Shown here: positions 20,859-29,746 of the stretch, piece after piece
How positions within the stretch are numbered: position 1 is the first letter of the stretch
Layout of the letters: each line of letters opens with the position of its first letter
Source: Burkholderiales bacterium
GTDB taxonomy: Bacteria; Pseudomonadota; Gammaproteobacteria; Burkholderiales; Burkholderiaceae_C
Direction of reading: 5' to 3'
NCBI GenBank assembly: GCA_038249735.1
Contig: JBBSDB010000001.1
Span: forward strand, 1 to 47,695
DNA length: 47,695 nucleotides
Notes under the pieces: model-generated
Databases searched by the model: none
The model's input: the letters and a program-made list of their open reading frames with translations, nothing else
What the model was told of the DNA's origin: nothing
Position numbers and translations under genes: made by a program

Positions 20859-21878
20859 ATGACCTCTCCCACCCCACTCAAATTCCTCATGCCCGGCTGG
20901 TTCTCGGTGGTCATGGGGTTGTGTGGTCTGTCGCTGGCCTGGCACCGGGCGCAGCGGGTGTTCGGCGACATGGCCGATGGTGTGGCGCTGGTGGTGGCGG
21001 TGGTGGCGGCGCTGGTGTTTTTGGTGTTGCTGGTGGCGTCGGTGGTGCGCGCACTGCGCTACCCAGCGGCGTTGGCTGAAGATCTCAGGCACCCGGCGCG
21101 CCATGCTTTCGTGGCCGCGTTCCCGGTGGCGCTGCTGCTGCTGGCCGCCGTGGGCGTGGCGCTGTTCGGACCCAGCCTGGGCTGGAACATCTTGTGGTGG
21201 CTGGGTGCGCTGACCCAGGTCTGGGCCACCGCCTGGGTGATGGGCCGCTGGCTCGGGCCCGTCACGCCGGGCCAGGGGCCGGGCAACACGGGTCTCTGGC
21301 CCGCGGTCACGCCGGCATTGATGATTGCAGTGGTGGGCAATGTGGTGGTGCCGCTGGCGGGGCTGCCGCTGGGCCACACCGTCTGGTCGGCCGCGCAGTT
21401 CGGCATTGGCGTCTTCTTCTGGCCCATCGTGCTGGCGCTGGTGTTGGTGCGCCGCATCGCCCACAGCCCGCTGCCCGATCGTCTGTTGCCCACCTGGTTC
21501 ATCGTGCTGGCCGCGCCGGCGGTGATCGGCAACGTGCTGGCGCAGTGGCAGGCGGCGCCCGTGCTGGTGGTGGCCATGTGGGGTTTGTCTCTTTTCTTTT
21601 TGCTGTGGCTGCTGCCGATCGCCAAACGCATCGCGGCGCAGCCGTTCGGGCTCACCTTCTGGTCTTTGTCGTTCCCGCTGGCGGCGCTGAGTGCGCTCAC
21701 GCTGCGCGTGGGCGATCTGTTTCCCGACGTTGTCGGTGTGCAGACCGCGGGCGTGTTGCTGCTGGCCGTCGCCTCCATGGTGATCCTCTGGCTGGGTTTT
21801 GCCACGGTGCGTGGTCTGCGCGACGGCACACTGCTGGCGCCGGAGCCGCTGGCCAACATCCAGCCGGTGTCGGCCTGA
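20859..21878 (+). CDS. SLAC1/TehA/TDT family anion channel
   Basis: PGWFSVVMGLCGLSLAW, DLRHPARHAF, FWSLSFP; about 10 TM segments. Confidence 0.88.
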   Translation: MTSPTPLKFLMPGWFSVVMGLCGLSLAWHRAQRVFGDMADGVALVVAVVAALVFLVLLVASVVRALRYPAALAEDLRHPARHAFVAAFPVALLLLAAVGVALFGPSLGWNILWWLGALTQVWATAWVMGRWLGPVTPGQGPGNTGLWPAVTPALMIAVVGNVVVPLAGLPLGHTVWSAAQFGIGVFFWPIVLALVLVRRIAHSPLPDRLLPTWFIVLAAPAVIGNVLAQWQAAPVLVVAMWGLSLFFLLWLLPIAKRIAAQPFGLTFWSLSFPLAALSALTLRVGDLFPDVVGVQTAGVLLLAVASMVILWLGFATVRGLRDGTLLAPEPLANIQPVSA

Positions 21879-21897
21879 GCCTTCAAGGCAAGACAGC

Positions 21898-22212
21898 ATG
21901 AACGCCGACCAGCGCCCGAAGTCGAGCCCATCGGTCGAGTGCTTGCCCGAGGTGCGCCGGGTCGACTTGGTCAACCGGTTGCGCCGGGCCGAGGGCCAGA
22001 TGCGTGGTTTGCTGCGGCTGCTTGAGGACGGCGCCGACTGCGCGCGCATCGCGCAGCAGCTGCTGGCCACGCGCCACGCGCTGGACAGCACCTACGTGCG
22101 CCTGAACCTATCGCTGGCCGAGGCCGAGCTGCACGGCACGCGCGATGGCGAGCCGCCGCCGGTCAGCGAGGTGCTGGACCGGCTGCAGACACGGTTGGGG
22201 CGATCGCGCTGA
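21898..22212 (+). CDS. CsoR/RcnR/FrmR-family transcriptional repressor
   Basis: LVNRLRRAEGQMRGL..GADCARIAQQLLATRHAL. Confidence 0.88.
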   Translation: MNADQRPKSSPSVECLPEVRRVDLVNRLRRAEGQMRGLLRLLEDGADCARIAQQLLATRHALDSTYVRLNLSLAEAELHGTRDGEPPPVSEVLDRLQTRLGRSR

Positions 22213-22279
22213 GGCCAAACGCTCGGGGGGTGACGGAGGACGGGCCAAGGCATTGGGCATTCCTCATCTGTCTTGACCG

Positions 22280-23821
22280 CTAGCGTCCCGGCGAACACTC
22301 GGCGAAACCGTAGCGCTCACAAAACGGGCTGCCCAGATTCGGCAGCCAGTGCGGCACCTGATGGAATTCGCGGACGATGGTGGCGAGCACCGTGTCGCGG
22401 TACGGCTGGAAGCGAAAACCCACACCGTCTACCGCGTAGAAAGCCACGCCGTCAATCACCCACTGCCGGCTGCTGACCCGCTCGAAGTAAGGCGCGAAGT
22501 CGGCCAGGTCGGGCCGGTTGTAGTCGAAGATGCGCAGAGACCTTCCATCGAACTCGCGGAAATCCACCTGCAGATCGTCTTGCCGCGCATGGTGGCGGCC
22601 CACCCCGAAAACCGGCACGTATTGCTTGTGGTGAAACGCCAGCATGGCGGCGGGGTTGTAGGTGCGCGCCATCAGCCTGGCGCCGGCGGGCATGTCTTGC
22701 TGCAAGGCAGCCACCAAGGCCGGCGTCTCACGCAGGAACACCGCACGATCGTGCAGCCGGGTGTGTTGCCACCACGACAGCGGCGCCCAGGCAACGGCCG
22801 CCACCAACAGCAGGTGCGGGCCAGAGAGCCACAGGTTCCAGCGCCACGAACGGCGCAGTGCGTGCGCATCCAGCGACAGCGCCGCCCAGGCCACGAACAG
22901 CGGCACAAAGCCCAGCACCCAGTGCAGGCCGATGGTGCGGCGCAGGCTGATGACGGCAAACAACAGAATGGGGAACAGCCACAGCACGGCCAGCGCGCGG
23001 CGCGTGTTCGCAGAAACGCCCGTGGCATTCGGTGCGCGCCCGGCCTGCCACAGCAGCCACGGCGTGAGCAGGTAGGCCACCATCGCCACATAGGTCGCCG
23101 GCGTCTGCAGGTTCCAGTGGCCACCCTCGTTGCGGTTGAACACGTTGAACATCACGTTGGTCCAGCCGTGGGTGGCGTTGAAGGCCAGATTGATCGCGGT
23201 TGAGGGCAGCGAGGTGGCAAACATCAGCGCCAGCGCCCACCAGCGCTCGCGGCGCCAGCCCAGGATATGCACCGCGTAACCCAAACCCAGCAGCACCGCG
23301 AAGTACTTCGACAGAAACGCCAGCCCGACAAACCCACCGGCCAGTGCGTACCAGCCAGCGCTTTTGGTGGCTGCTGCATCGGCCCGCACATAGGTCCAGG
23401 CGGAGAGCGCCATGAACAGCAGCAGCGGCGTGTCGGTGGTCAGCAGCACAAACAGCCACGACCACGGCAGCGCCAGGTACACCGCGCCCGCCATCCAGGC
23501 GCTCGCTGCGCGCTCGGCGGGCAGGATGCGCAGCAATGCATCGACCAGGCCCAGGCCGATGACGCTGGTCACCAGCAGGGTGACGCTGCGCAGCACCAGC
23601 GGCGCGTCGCTGATGGCGTGCAACACCGCGAACAACCAGCCCACCATCGGCGGGTGGTCCGAGTAGCCCCAGGCTGGCCGCACACCCCACTGGTAGAAAA
23701 ACGCCTCATCGCCCGTGATCGGGAAACCGGCAGCGAGCACGATTTTGAGCAGCAGCGTGCCCCAGAAGGTGATCCAGAACAGGCGTCGCGCGTCGGCAAT
23801 CAATAGATCAGAGGCAGTCAT
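22280..23821 (-). CDS. GT-C fold glycosyltransferase (GT39/ArnT-like, PMT_2)
   Basis: GDEAFF..WG, YSDHPPM, TDTP, LAFLSKY; multiple TM segments plus soluble C-terminal domain. Confidence 0.85.
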   Translation of the reverse strand: MTASDLLIADARRLFWITFWGTLLLKIVLAAGFPITGDEAFFYQWGVRPAWGYSDHPPMVGWLFAVLHAISDAPLVLRSVTLLVTSVIGLGLVDALLRILPAERAASAWMAGAVYLALPWSWLFVLLTTDTPLLLFMALSAWTYVRADAAATKSAGWYALAGGFVGLAFLSKYFAVLLGLGYAVHILGWRRERWWALALMFATSLPSTAINLAFNATHGWTNVMFNVFNRNEGGHWNLQTPATYVAMVAYLLTPWLLWQAGRAPNATGVSANTRRALAVLWLFPILLFAVISLRRTIGLHWVLGFVPLFVAWAALSLDAHALRRSWRWNLWLSGPHLLLVAAVAWAPLSWWQHTRLHDRAVFLRETPALVAALQQDMPAGARLMARTYNPAAMLAFHHKQYVPVFGVGRHHARQDDLQVDFREFDGRSLRIFDYNRPDLADFAPYFERVSSRQWVIDGVAFYAVDGVGFRFQPYRDTVLATIVREFHQVPHWLPNLGSPFCERYGFAECSPGR

Positions 23822-23864
23822 ATCGAAGAAGGAAAAGCGCGCTGCAGCCGCGACGCAGGTCGGG

Positions 23865-24224
23865 TCAAGCGTCCAGAGCGAGCAGGGTGACGCCTGCCAC
23901 GATCAGCGCGCAGGCAGCCACCCGCACCCACGAAAACGGCTCGCCCAGCCAGACCACGCCCACCGCCATCGTCACCACAAAACCCAGGCTCACCAGCGGG
24001 TAAGCCAGGCTCACCGGCAGCCGCGACAACACCCACAGCCAAAGCACCGCGCTCATCCCATAGAGCACCAGACCGAGCCACACCAGCGGACTGGTGAGCG
24101 CGTGGCCGTAGGTGCTGGTCAGGTCCCCGCCGGCTGGGGCACCCATGCCGCGCTTCATCGCGATTTGCGCCGCCGAGGACAGCAGCACACAAAAAACGGC
24201 CAAGGCCAGCGCCATCGATTTCAT
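23865..24224 (-). CDS. Small 4-TM SMR/EamA protein, ArnE/ArnF-like putative lipid-linked sugar flippase
   Basis: SAAQIAMKRGM, LWLWVLSRLPVSLAYPLVSLG, LGEP; start overlaps the upstream UbiA stop. Confidence 0.82.
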   Translation of the reverse strand: MKSMALALAVFCVLLSSAAQIAMKRGMGAPAGGDLTSTYGHALTSPLVWLGLVLYGMSAVLWLWVLSRLPVSLAYPLVSLGFVVTMAVGVVWLGEPFSWVRVAACALIVAGVTLLALDA

Positions 24225-25702
24225 AAAGTGGGTCCTGTGCTGGCCAGCAGGCCCACGACCGCCAGCAGCGCCAAGGTCAGCCAGCTGAAATAGTCGCGCA
24301 GCGCGAACTGCAGCGGGTCTTCGCCATGCAGTTCGCGGCGCCCGGTCTTGAGCCAGATGCGCATGATCCACAGCAGCAGCAGCGGCGCGGCCGCCCACAG
24401 CCACTCCGGTTCGGCGTAGAGCTCGCGCCCGTTCTGGCTGTCGATGTAGAGCGTGAGCACCATCACCGAGAGAAAACCGCTGGACATGCCCATGGCACGC
24501 AGCGAGGGCAGATCGCGCGGCTGGTAGCCGCGCCCGGGTGCCAGGCTGGCGTCTTCGTCGGCGATGGTTTCTTCCAGCTCGGCGCAGCGCTTCACCAGCG
24601 CCAGGCTCAGGAACAGGAAGACCGAGATCGCCAGCAGCCAGTTCGAGGGCACTACCTGCGCGGCCACCGCGCCGGCCCCGATGCGCAGCGTGTAGAGCGC
24701 GGCCAACACCAACACGTCCACCAGCGGCAGGCGCTTGAGATGCATGGAGTAGGCCAGCGTGACCACGGTATAGAGCAGCAGCATGGCGGCAAAGCCGCTT
24801 GAGACGACCAAGGCGAGCGCAAACGCCAACACCAGCATCGCCGCACCCAGGCCCACTGCGGTCGGGATCGACAAGGTGCCTGCCGCCAGCGGGCGCAGCC
24901 GCTTGAGGCGGTGCACCCGGTCGCTCGGCAGGTCGAGCAGATCGTTGAACAAATAGGTGGCCGAGGCGCACAGGCCAAAGGCCACAAAGCCCAGCGTCAC
25001 CGCGCCCCAGGCCTCAGCAGCGGTGGCATGGGCTGCCAGCAGCGGGATGAACAGCAGCGCGTTCTTGGCCCATTGCTTGAGCCGGATCGCGCGCAGCACC
25101 GTGCGCAGGCGCAGCGGCTGGTGCTCGAATACCTGAGCCTCGGGGTGCTGCCGGCGCAACTGGCTCAGCACCGAGGCCGGGGTGTTGACCGCGATCGCCT
25201 GTGCGCTGCCCTGCCAAACCGCCAGGTCGTCGGCGCTGTTGCCAGCGTAGGCCCACTGGTTGTGGCCGGCGGCCAGCGCGTGGGCCGCGATCGCCTCGTG
25301 CTTGCGCTCGCGGCTCAGATTCGGCCCGCCCTCGGTGCCCAGCGTGTCGCTGAACACGCCGATGTGCTCCCCCACCTCGCGCACGATGCGGGCGTCTGCC
25401 GCGCTGGCCAGCACCAGCGGCCGGCCGCGCGCATGTTCGCCACGCAGAAATTGCAGAAAGTCTTCGCGGTAAGGCAGGCGCGCCGGCTCGGGACGCACCG
25501 CGTCGGCCAGCCGCTGCTTGAAGCCGGCTTTCCCCAGCCACAGCCACGCCAGCAGGCGCAGCAAGTTCAGCGGGCTGCTGCGCACGAACAGCATCACCGA
25601 CTCATACAGCGTGTCGCTCGGGGTGAGCGTGCCGTCCATGTCCACGTACAGCGGCACGGTGTGCAGATCGGTGGCGGGCGGAGGTCTGTCGGGGCGCTGC
25701 AT
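24221..25702 (-). CDS. HAD-phosphatase/UbiA fusion; putative polyprenyl-phosphate phosphoribosyltransferase
   Basis: N-terminal HAD motifs VDMDGTL, LASAAD, YAGNSADD; C-terminal RLKQWAKN, YLFNDLLDLPSDRVH..RPLAAG, KRCAEL. Confidence 0.88.
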   Translation of the reverse strand: MQRPDRPPPATDLHTVPLYVDMDGTLTPSDTLYESVMLFVRSSPLNLLRLLAWLWLGKAGFKQRLADAVRPEPARLPYREDFLQFLRGEHARGRPLVLASAADARIVREVGEHIGVFSDTLGTEGGPNLSRERKHEAIAAHALAAGHNQWAYAGNSADDLAVWQGSAQAIAVNTPASVLSQLRRQHPEAQVFEHQPLRLRTVLRAIRLKQWAKNALLFIPLLAAHATAAEAWGAVTLGFVAFGLCASATYLFNDLLDLPSDRVHRLKRLRPLAAGTLSIPTAVGLGAAMLVLAFALALVVSSGFAAMLLLYTVVTLAYSMHLKRLPLVDVLVLAALYTLRIGAGAVAAQVVPSNWLLAISVFLFLSLALVKRCAELEETIADEDASLAPGRGYQPRDLPSLRAMGMSSGFLSVMVLTLYIDSQNGRELYAEPEWLWAAAPLLLLWIMRIWLKTGRRELHGEDPLQFALRDYFSWLTLALLAVVGLLASTGPTL

Positions 25703-25918
25703 GGTGGTGGGATTCTAGGAGCCCAGACTTGAAGCCTCAGGCCCACGCGGCACGGCTGGCCACAATCGCTGGCCCCACTTTAAGCCCGCACAACATTTCA
25801 ACGCACCAACCACCATGGTCAGTTGAACCACCCTCGTTCTGCTGGGAGTCTGCAGGGCGCCGCTTTCTTTGGGTCGGTGGCGGGACGGGTCTGGCGCAGG
25901 ATGTGCTTGTGTCACGGC

Positions 25919-26419
25919 ATGTCCACCCGCCCCCTCATCACCCAGATCCCGGCCGCTCAACCCGAACTCACGCTGAGCAAGCTCGACAGTGCCATGCTCA
26001 GCATCCTGGTCAAAGACGGCCGCGCCTCCTTTGCCGACATCGCGCGCCAGGTTGGCATTTCCCGCGCGCACGCGCGGTCCCGGGTGCAGGCGCTTCAGGC
26101 CAGTGGCGTGATCGAGTTGTTCGGTGCGGTGATCAACCCGGAGAAGCTGGGCAAGGTGCTGTCCACCTTCATCGATGTTCAGGTTGCACCGGTGGCGCTG
26201 GAGGTGGTGGCGCAGGAGCTGGCCGACTGCAAAGAGGTGGTGAGCCTCTACATCATGAGCGACCTCAAGAGCCTGCATGTGCATGTGCTGACCGAAGGCG
26301 TGCAGGATTTCGAGGCCTTTGTGCGCCGCCAGCTGTTCAACCGGCCCGAGATTCTGGCGGTCGATTGCAAGACCCTGCTCACCCGTGTGAAGCACCGGCG
26401 AGGCGGCGCCCGGCTGTGA
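25919..26419 (+). CDS. Lrp/AsnC family transcriptional regulator
   Basis: LSKLDSAMLSILVKDGRASFADIARQVGIS..RVQALQASGVI HTH; C-terminal RAM-like domain. Confidence 0.9.
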   Translation: MSTRPLITQIPAAQPELTLSKLDSAMLSILVKDGRASFADIARQVGISRAHARSRVQALQASGVIELFGAVINPEKLGKVLSTFIDVQVAPVALEVVAQELADCKEVVSLYIMSDLKSLHVHVLTEGVQDFEAFVRRQLFNRPEILAVDCKTLLTRVKHRRGGARL

Positions 26420-26444
26420 GGGGTCTGTCCAGGGTGGTGCATAA

Positions 26445-26459
26445 GCACCAAATAGGCGC
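26445..26459 (+). promoter_or_regulatory. Putative NtrC-type enhancer site
   Basis: GCAC-CAAATAG-GCGC (one mismatch to GCAC-N7-GTGC); TGGTGCA half-sites at 26435 and 26620. Confidence 0.5.
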
Positions 26460-26662
26460 GCGCTGAACATTCGTCACCGACGGAGCCACAAGATCGGTTC
26501 GGTGGACGAACCACGTCATCCAAACGGCGTCCAGCAGTTGACAAACGCTCATCTCAAGCGAATTTGCTGAACATTCGATCAAGATCTATCTGGATTTGAT
26601 CTCCGACCGCTGCGGTTTTTGGTGCAGGTCGATCTCGATTCGTCAAGGTTTTTATTCAATGA

Positions 26663-26675
26663 AATCAAAGATTTA
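26663..26675 (+). promoter_or_regulatory. IHF binding site
   Basis: AATCAA-AGAT-TTA matches WATCAANNNNTTR, preceded by an AT tract, between enhancer and sigma54 promoter. Confidence 0.7.
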
Positions 26676-26691
26676 GACTATTTTTAGCGCA

Positions 26692-26707
26692 TGGCACGGG
26701 GCTTGCA
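26692..26707 (+). promoter_or_regulatory. Sigma54 promoter of the TRAP-tauE-hpxW operon
   Basis: TGGCACG-GGGC-TTGCA, a full consensus match. Confidence 0.9.
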
Positions 26708-26786
26708 CAAGGGTTTGGGTGTGGCCGCACAAACGGCACCGCCCGTTTTCCACCCACCCTTTCCCACCCACCCCAGGAGTCTCACC

Positions 26787-27872
26787 ATGTCCCTCGTTCG
26801 CCGTCAGTTCCTCTCCCGTGCCGCCGTCGCAGGCAGCGTGCTCGGTGCGCCCGTCATTGCCAATGCCCAGTCGGCCCGATTCAACTGGAAGATGACCAGC
26901 GCCTACGGCAAGGGCTCTCCGTTCTACATGGACGGCCCGGGCAGTGCGACCGATCTGGCCAAGCGCATCCGCGAGATGTCCGATGGGCGCCTGAACATCC
27001 AGGTGTTCGGCGCCGGGGAACTGATCCCCGCGTTTGAAGGCTTTGATGCGGTGCGTGCCGGCACGGTGGAGATGAACCACGCCAACGCCTATTTCTGGAC
27101 CGGCAAGACAGCGGCAGCCCAGTACTTCACCGCCGTGCCTTTCGGCATGAACTTTCAGGGCATGAACGGCTGGTTCTATGACGGCGGCGGCATTGACCTG
27201 TGGAACGAGGTGTACGCGCCGTTTGGCATGGTGGCCATGCCTTGCGGCAACACCGGCGTGCAGATGACGGGCTGGTTCAAGAAAGAGATCAAGAGCGTGG
27301 CCGACCTCAAGGGCCTGAAGATGCGCATCCCCGGTCTGGCTGGCAAGGTGTACGCCAACCTCGGCGTGGACGTGAAGGTGCTGCCGGGTGGCGAGATTTT
27401 CCCGGCGCTTGAACGCGGCGTGATCGACGCGGCTGAGTTCGTGGGCCCCTTCCAAGACCGCCGCCTGGGCCTGCACAAAGCCGCCAAAAACTACTACACC
27501 ACCGGCTGGCACGAGCCGTCCACGGCGTCGGAGCTGCTGATCAACAAGGCCGCCTGGGACAAGCTGCCGAAAGACCTGCAGGCCATCGTCAGCAACGCCT
27601 CGGCCGCCTGCAACGTGATCGGCGAGGGCTGGTGCCAGAAAGCCAACTCGGACGCCATGGAAGACCTGATCAAGAACCAGGGCGTGATCGCGCGCCCGCT
27701 GCCCGATGACGTGATCAAGGCGCTCAAGGTGGAGACCGACAAGGTGCTGGCCGAGGCCATCAGGGACCCACTGACCAAGAAGGTGCACGACTCCTACTTT
27801 GCCTTCAAGGCCAAGTACGACCGCTGGAGCGAGATCAGCGAAGAGGCCTACCACCTCAAGGTTCGCGGCTGA
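26787..27872 (+). CDS. dctP: TRAP substrate-binding protein, TakP-like (2-oxo/monocarboxylate), Tat-exported
   Basis: Tat signal SLVRRQFL; GNTGVQMTGWF, KMRIPGLAGKV, EFVGPFQD; AGGAG RBS. Confidence 0.9.
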   Translation: MSLVRRQFLSRAAVAGSVLGAPVIANAQSARFNWKMTSAYGKGSPFYMDGPGSATDLAKRIREMSDGRLNIQVFGAGELIPAFEGFDAVRAGTVEMNHANAYFWTGKTAAAQYFTAVPFGMNFQGMNGWFYDGGGIDLWNEVYAPFGMVAMPCGNTGVQMTGWFKKEIKSVADLKGLKMRIPGLAGKVYANLGVDVKVLPGGEIFPALERGVIDAAEFVGPFQDRRLGLHKAAKNYYTTGWHEPSTASELLINKAAWDKLPKDLQAIVSNASAACNVIGEGWCQKANSDAMEDLIKNQGVIARPLPDDVIKALKVETDKVLAEAIRDPLTKKVHDSYFAFKAKYDRWSEISEEAYHLKVRG

Positions 27873-27887
27873 TCCAGGAACGTTGTC

Positions 27888-28415
27888 ATGCTCAAGGTTT
27901 TGCGGCCGCTGGCCACTGTCATCGAGGCTCTGATCGACCGCATCGGCGGGCTCACCGCCTGGATCGCGCTGGTCATGATCGGCCTGGTCGCCACCAACGT
28001 GCTCTTGCGCTACGCCTTCAGCTTCGGCTCGGTGTGGGCGCAGGAACTCGAATGGCACCTGCTGGCCGCCCTCATTCTTTTGGGCATGAGCCACGCGCTG
28101 CAACGCGGCGAGAACGTGCGCGTGGACCTGTTCTATGCGCGCTATTCGCCGCTGGGCAAGCGCGTGGTCGATGTGGTCTCCGCGCTGCTGCTGATCGCAG
28201 TCAGCCTGGGTTTTATCTGGCTCTCGCTGGGGTATGTGGAGCAGTCGCGCTCCATCAGTGAAGCCTCGCCCGACCCGGGCGGCATTCCGCTGCGCTGGCT
28301 GGTGAAGTCGCTGATTCCGCTGGGCTATGGCCTGCTGGTGCTGCAGCAGCTGGCCCAGCTGGTGCGCCTGCTGGACGCGCCGCTGGTCGCCCCCAAGGAG
28401 ACCTCTCATGTTTGA
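27888..28415 (+). CDS. dctQ: TRAP small permease
   Basis: NVLLRYAF..QELEWHL..HALQRGENVRVD; 4 TM. Confidence 0.9.
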   Translation: MLKVLRPLATVIEALIDRIGGLTAWIALVMIGLVATNVLLRYAFSFGSVWAQELEWHLLAALILLGMSHALQRGENVRVDLFYARYSPLGKRVVDVVSALLLIAVSLGFIWLSLGYVEQSRSISEASPDPGGIPLRWLVKSLIPLGYGLLVLQQLAQLVRLLDAPLVAPKETSHV

Positions 28416-29733
28416 GATGTCGACCTACGCCATCTTCATGCTGGTCGGCTTTTTTGCGATGCTGATGATCGGCATTCCGGTGGCCATCAGCCTGGCGGTC
28501 AGCGGCTTCGTGTTCGGCTGGCTGGGTTTTGGCACCTCGCTGTTCAACCTGCTGCCTGCGCGCCTTTACGGCATCGTCAGCGGCTACCAGTGGATGGCCA
28601 TTCCGCTGTTCGTGTTCATGGGCGTGATGCTGGAGAAATCGCGCCTGGCCGACGATCTGCTCGACGTGATGGGCCACATTGCCGGCGGCCTCAAAGGCGG
28701 CATGGCCGTCGGCATCGTGCTGTTCGGCGTGCTCATGGGCGCCACCACCGGCATCGTGGGCGCCACCATCATCACGCTGGGCCTGCTGACTCTGCCCACG
28801 CTGCTTCGCCGCGGCTACGACAAGAGCGTGGCCTGCGGTGTGATCTGCGCGTCAGGCACGCTGGGCCAGATCATCCCGCCCAGCCTGATTCTCATCTTGC
28901 TCTCCGACATCATGCAGCTCTCGGTGGGCACGCTCTTCGCTGCCGCCGTGGGGCCGGGCCTGTTGCTGGCCGGTGTGTACATCGTCTACCTGGTGATCAT
29001 GGGCTGGCTGCGGCCGGGCACCATGCCGCCGATTCCGATCGCCGAGCGCGACGCGGTGTCGCGTCGTCAGCTGTGGCTGCGCTTTTTCAAGGTGCTGGTG
29101 CCACCGGTGATGCTGGTGGTGGCGGTGCTGGGCTCCATCGTGGGCGGCATCGCGGCCCCGACCGAAGCGGCCAGCATGGGCGCCGTGGGCGCGGTGATCA
29201 TCACGGTGTTGTCGGGTCGCTTCAGCTGGGCCACGCTCAAGGCCACCGCGCTGGACACCAGCAAGATCACCGCCATCATGATGTTCATCTTGATGACCGC
29301 GCAGGTGTTCGCGCTCTCGTTCCGTGGCCTGCAAGGTGAAGAGCTGATTGCCGGCATGTTTGACGCCTTGCCGGGCGGCGTGAACACCGCCGTGTGGTTC
29401 ATGATGCTCATCATTTTTGTGCTCGGCTTCTTTGTGGAGTGGATCGAGATCAGCTACATCGCGGTGCCGCTGTTCCTGCCGATCCTGATCAACATGGGCG
29501 TGGACCCGGTGTGGCTGGCGATGCTGATCACGATGAACCTGCAGTCGAGCTTCCTCACGCCACCGTTTGGCTGGGCGCTGTTCTACCTCAAGGGTGTTGC
29601 GCCGCCCGAGGTGAACATCAAGGACATCTACAAGGGCGTGGTGCCCTTCATCGGGTTGCAGTTCGCGGCGCTCGTGTTGCTGTTCTTGTACCCGCAGATC
29701 GCGCTGTGGCTGCCCAAGGCCATCGGCTGGTGA
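28408..29733 (+). CDS. dctM: TRAP large permease
   Basis: AIPLFVFMG, GTLGQIIPPS, SFLTPPFG; AAGGAG RBS. Confidence 0.93.
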   Translation: MFEMSTYAIFMLVGFFAMLMIGIPVAISLAVSGFVFGWLGFGTSLFNLLPARLYGIVSGYQWMAIPLFVFMGVMLEKSRLADDLLDVMGHIAGGLKGGMAVGIVLFGVLMGATTGIVGATIITLGLLTLPTLLRRGYDKSVACGVICASGTLGQIIPPSLILILLSDIMQLSVGTLFAAAVGPGLLLAGVYIVYLVIMGWLRPGTMPPIPIAERDAVSRRQLWLRFFKVLVPPVMLVVAVLGSIVGGIAAPTEAASMGAVGAVIITVLSGRFSWATLKATALDTSKITAIMMFILMTAQVFALSFRGLQGEELIAGMFDALPGGVNTAVWFMMLIIFVLGFFVEWIEISYIAVPLFLPILINMGVDPVWLAMLITMNLQSSFLTPPFGWALFYLKGVAPPEVNIKDIYKGVVPFIGLQFAALVLLFLYPQIALWLPKAIGW

Positions 29734-29746
29734 TCGGCGGCCCACC

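Noticed and set aside
22224-22236. GGGGGGTGACG matching the family A repeat core
   Set aside because: Only about 11 bp of match, with no flanking modules; may be chance
26673-28409. 578-aa minus-strand ORF (similarly 4891-6678 and 14325-16061)
   Set aside because: Antisense to well-supported genes (dctPQ, amtB, alr); no family motifs
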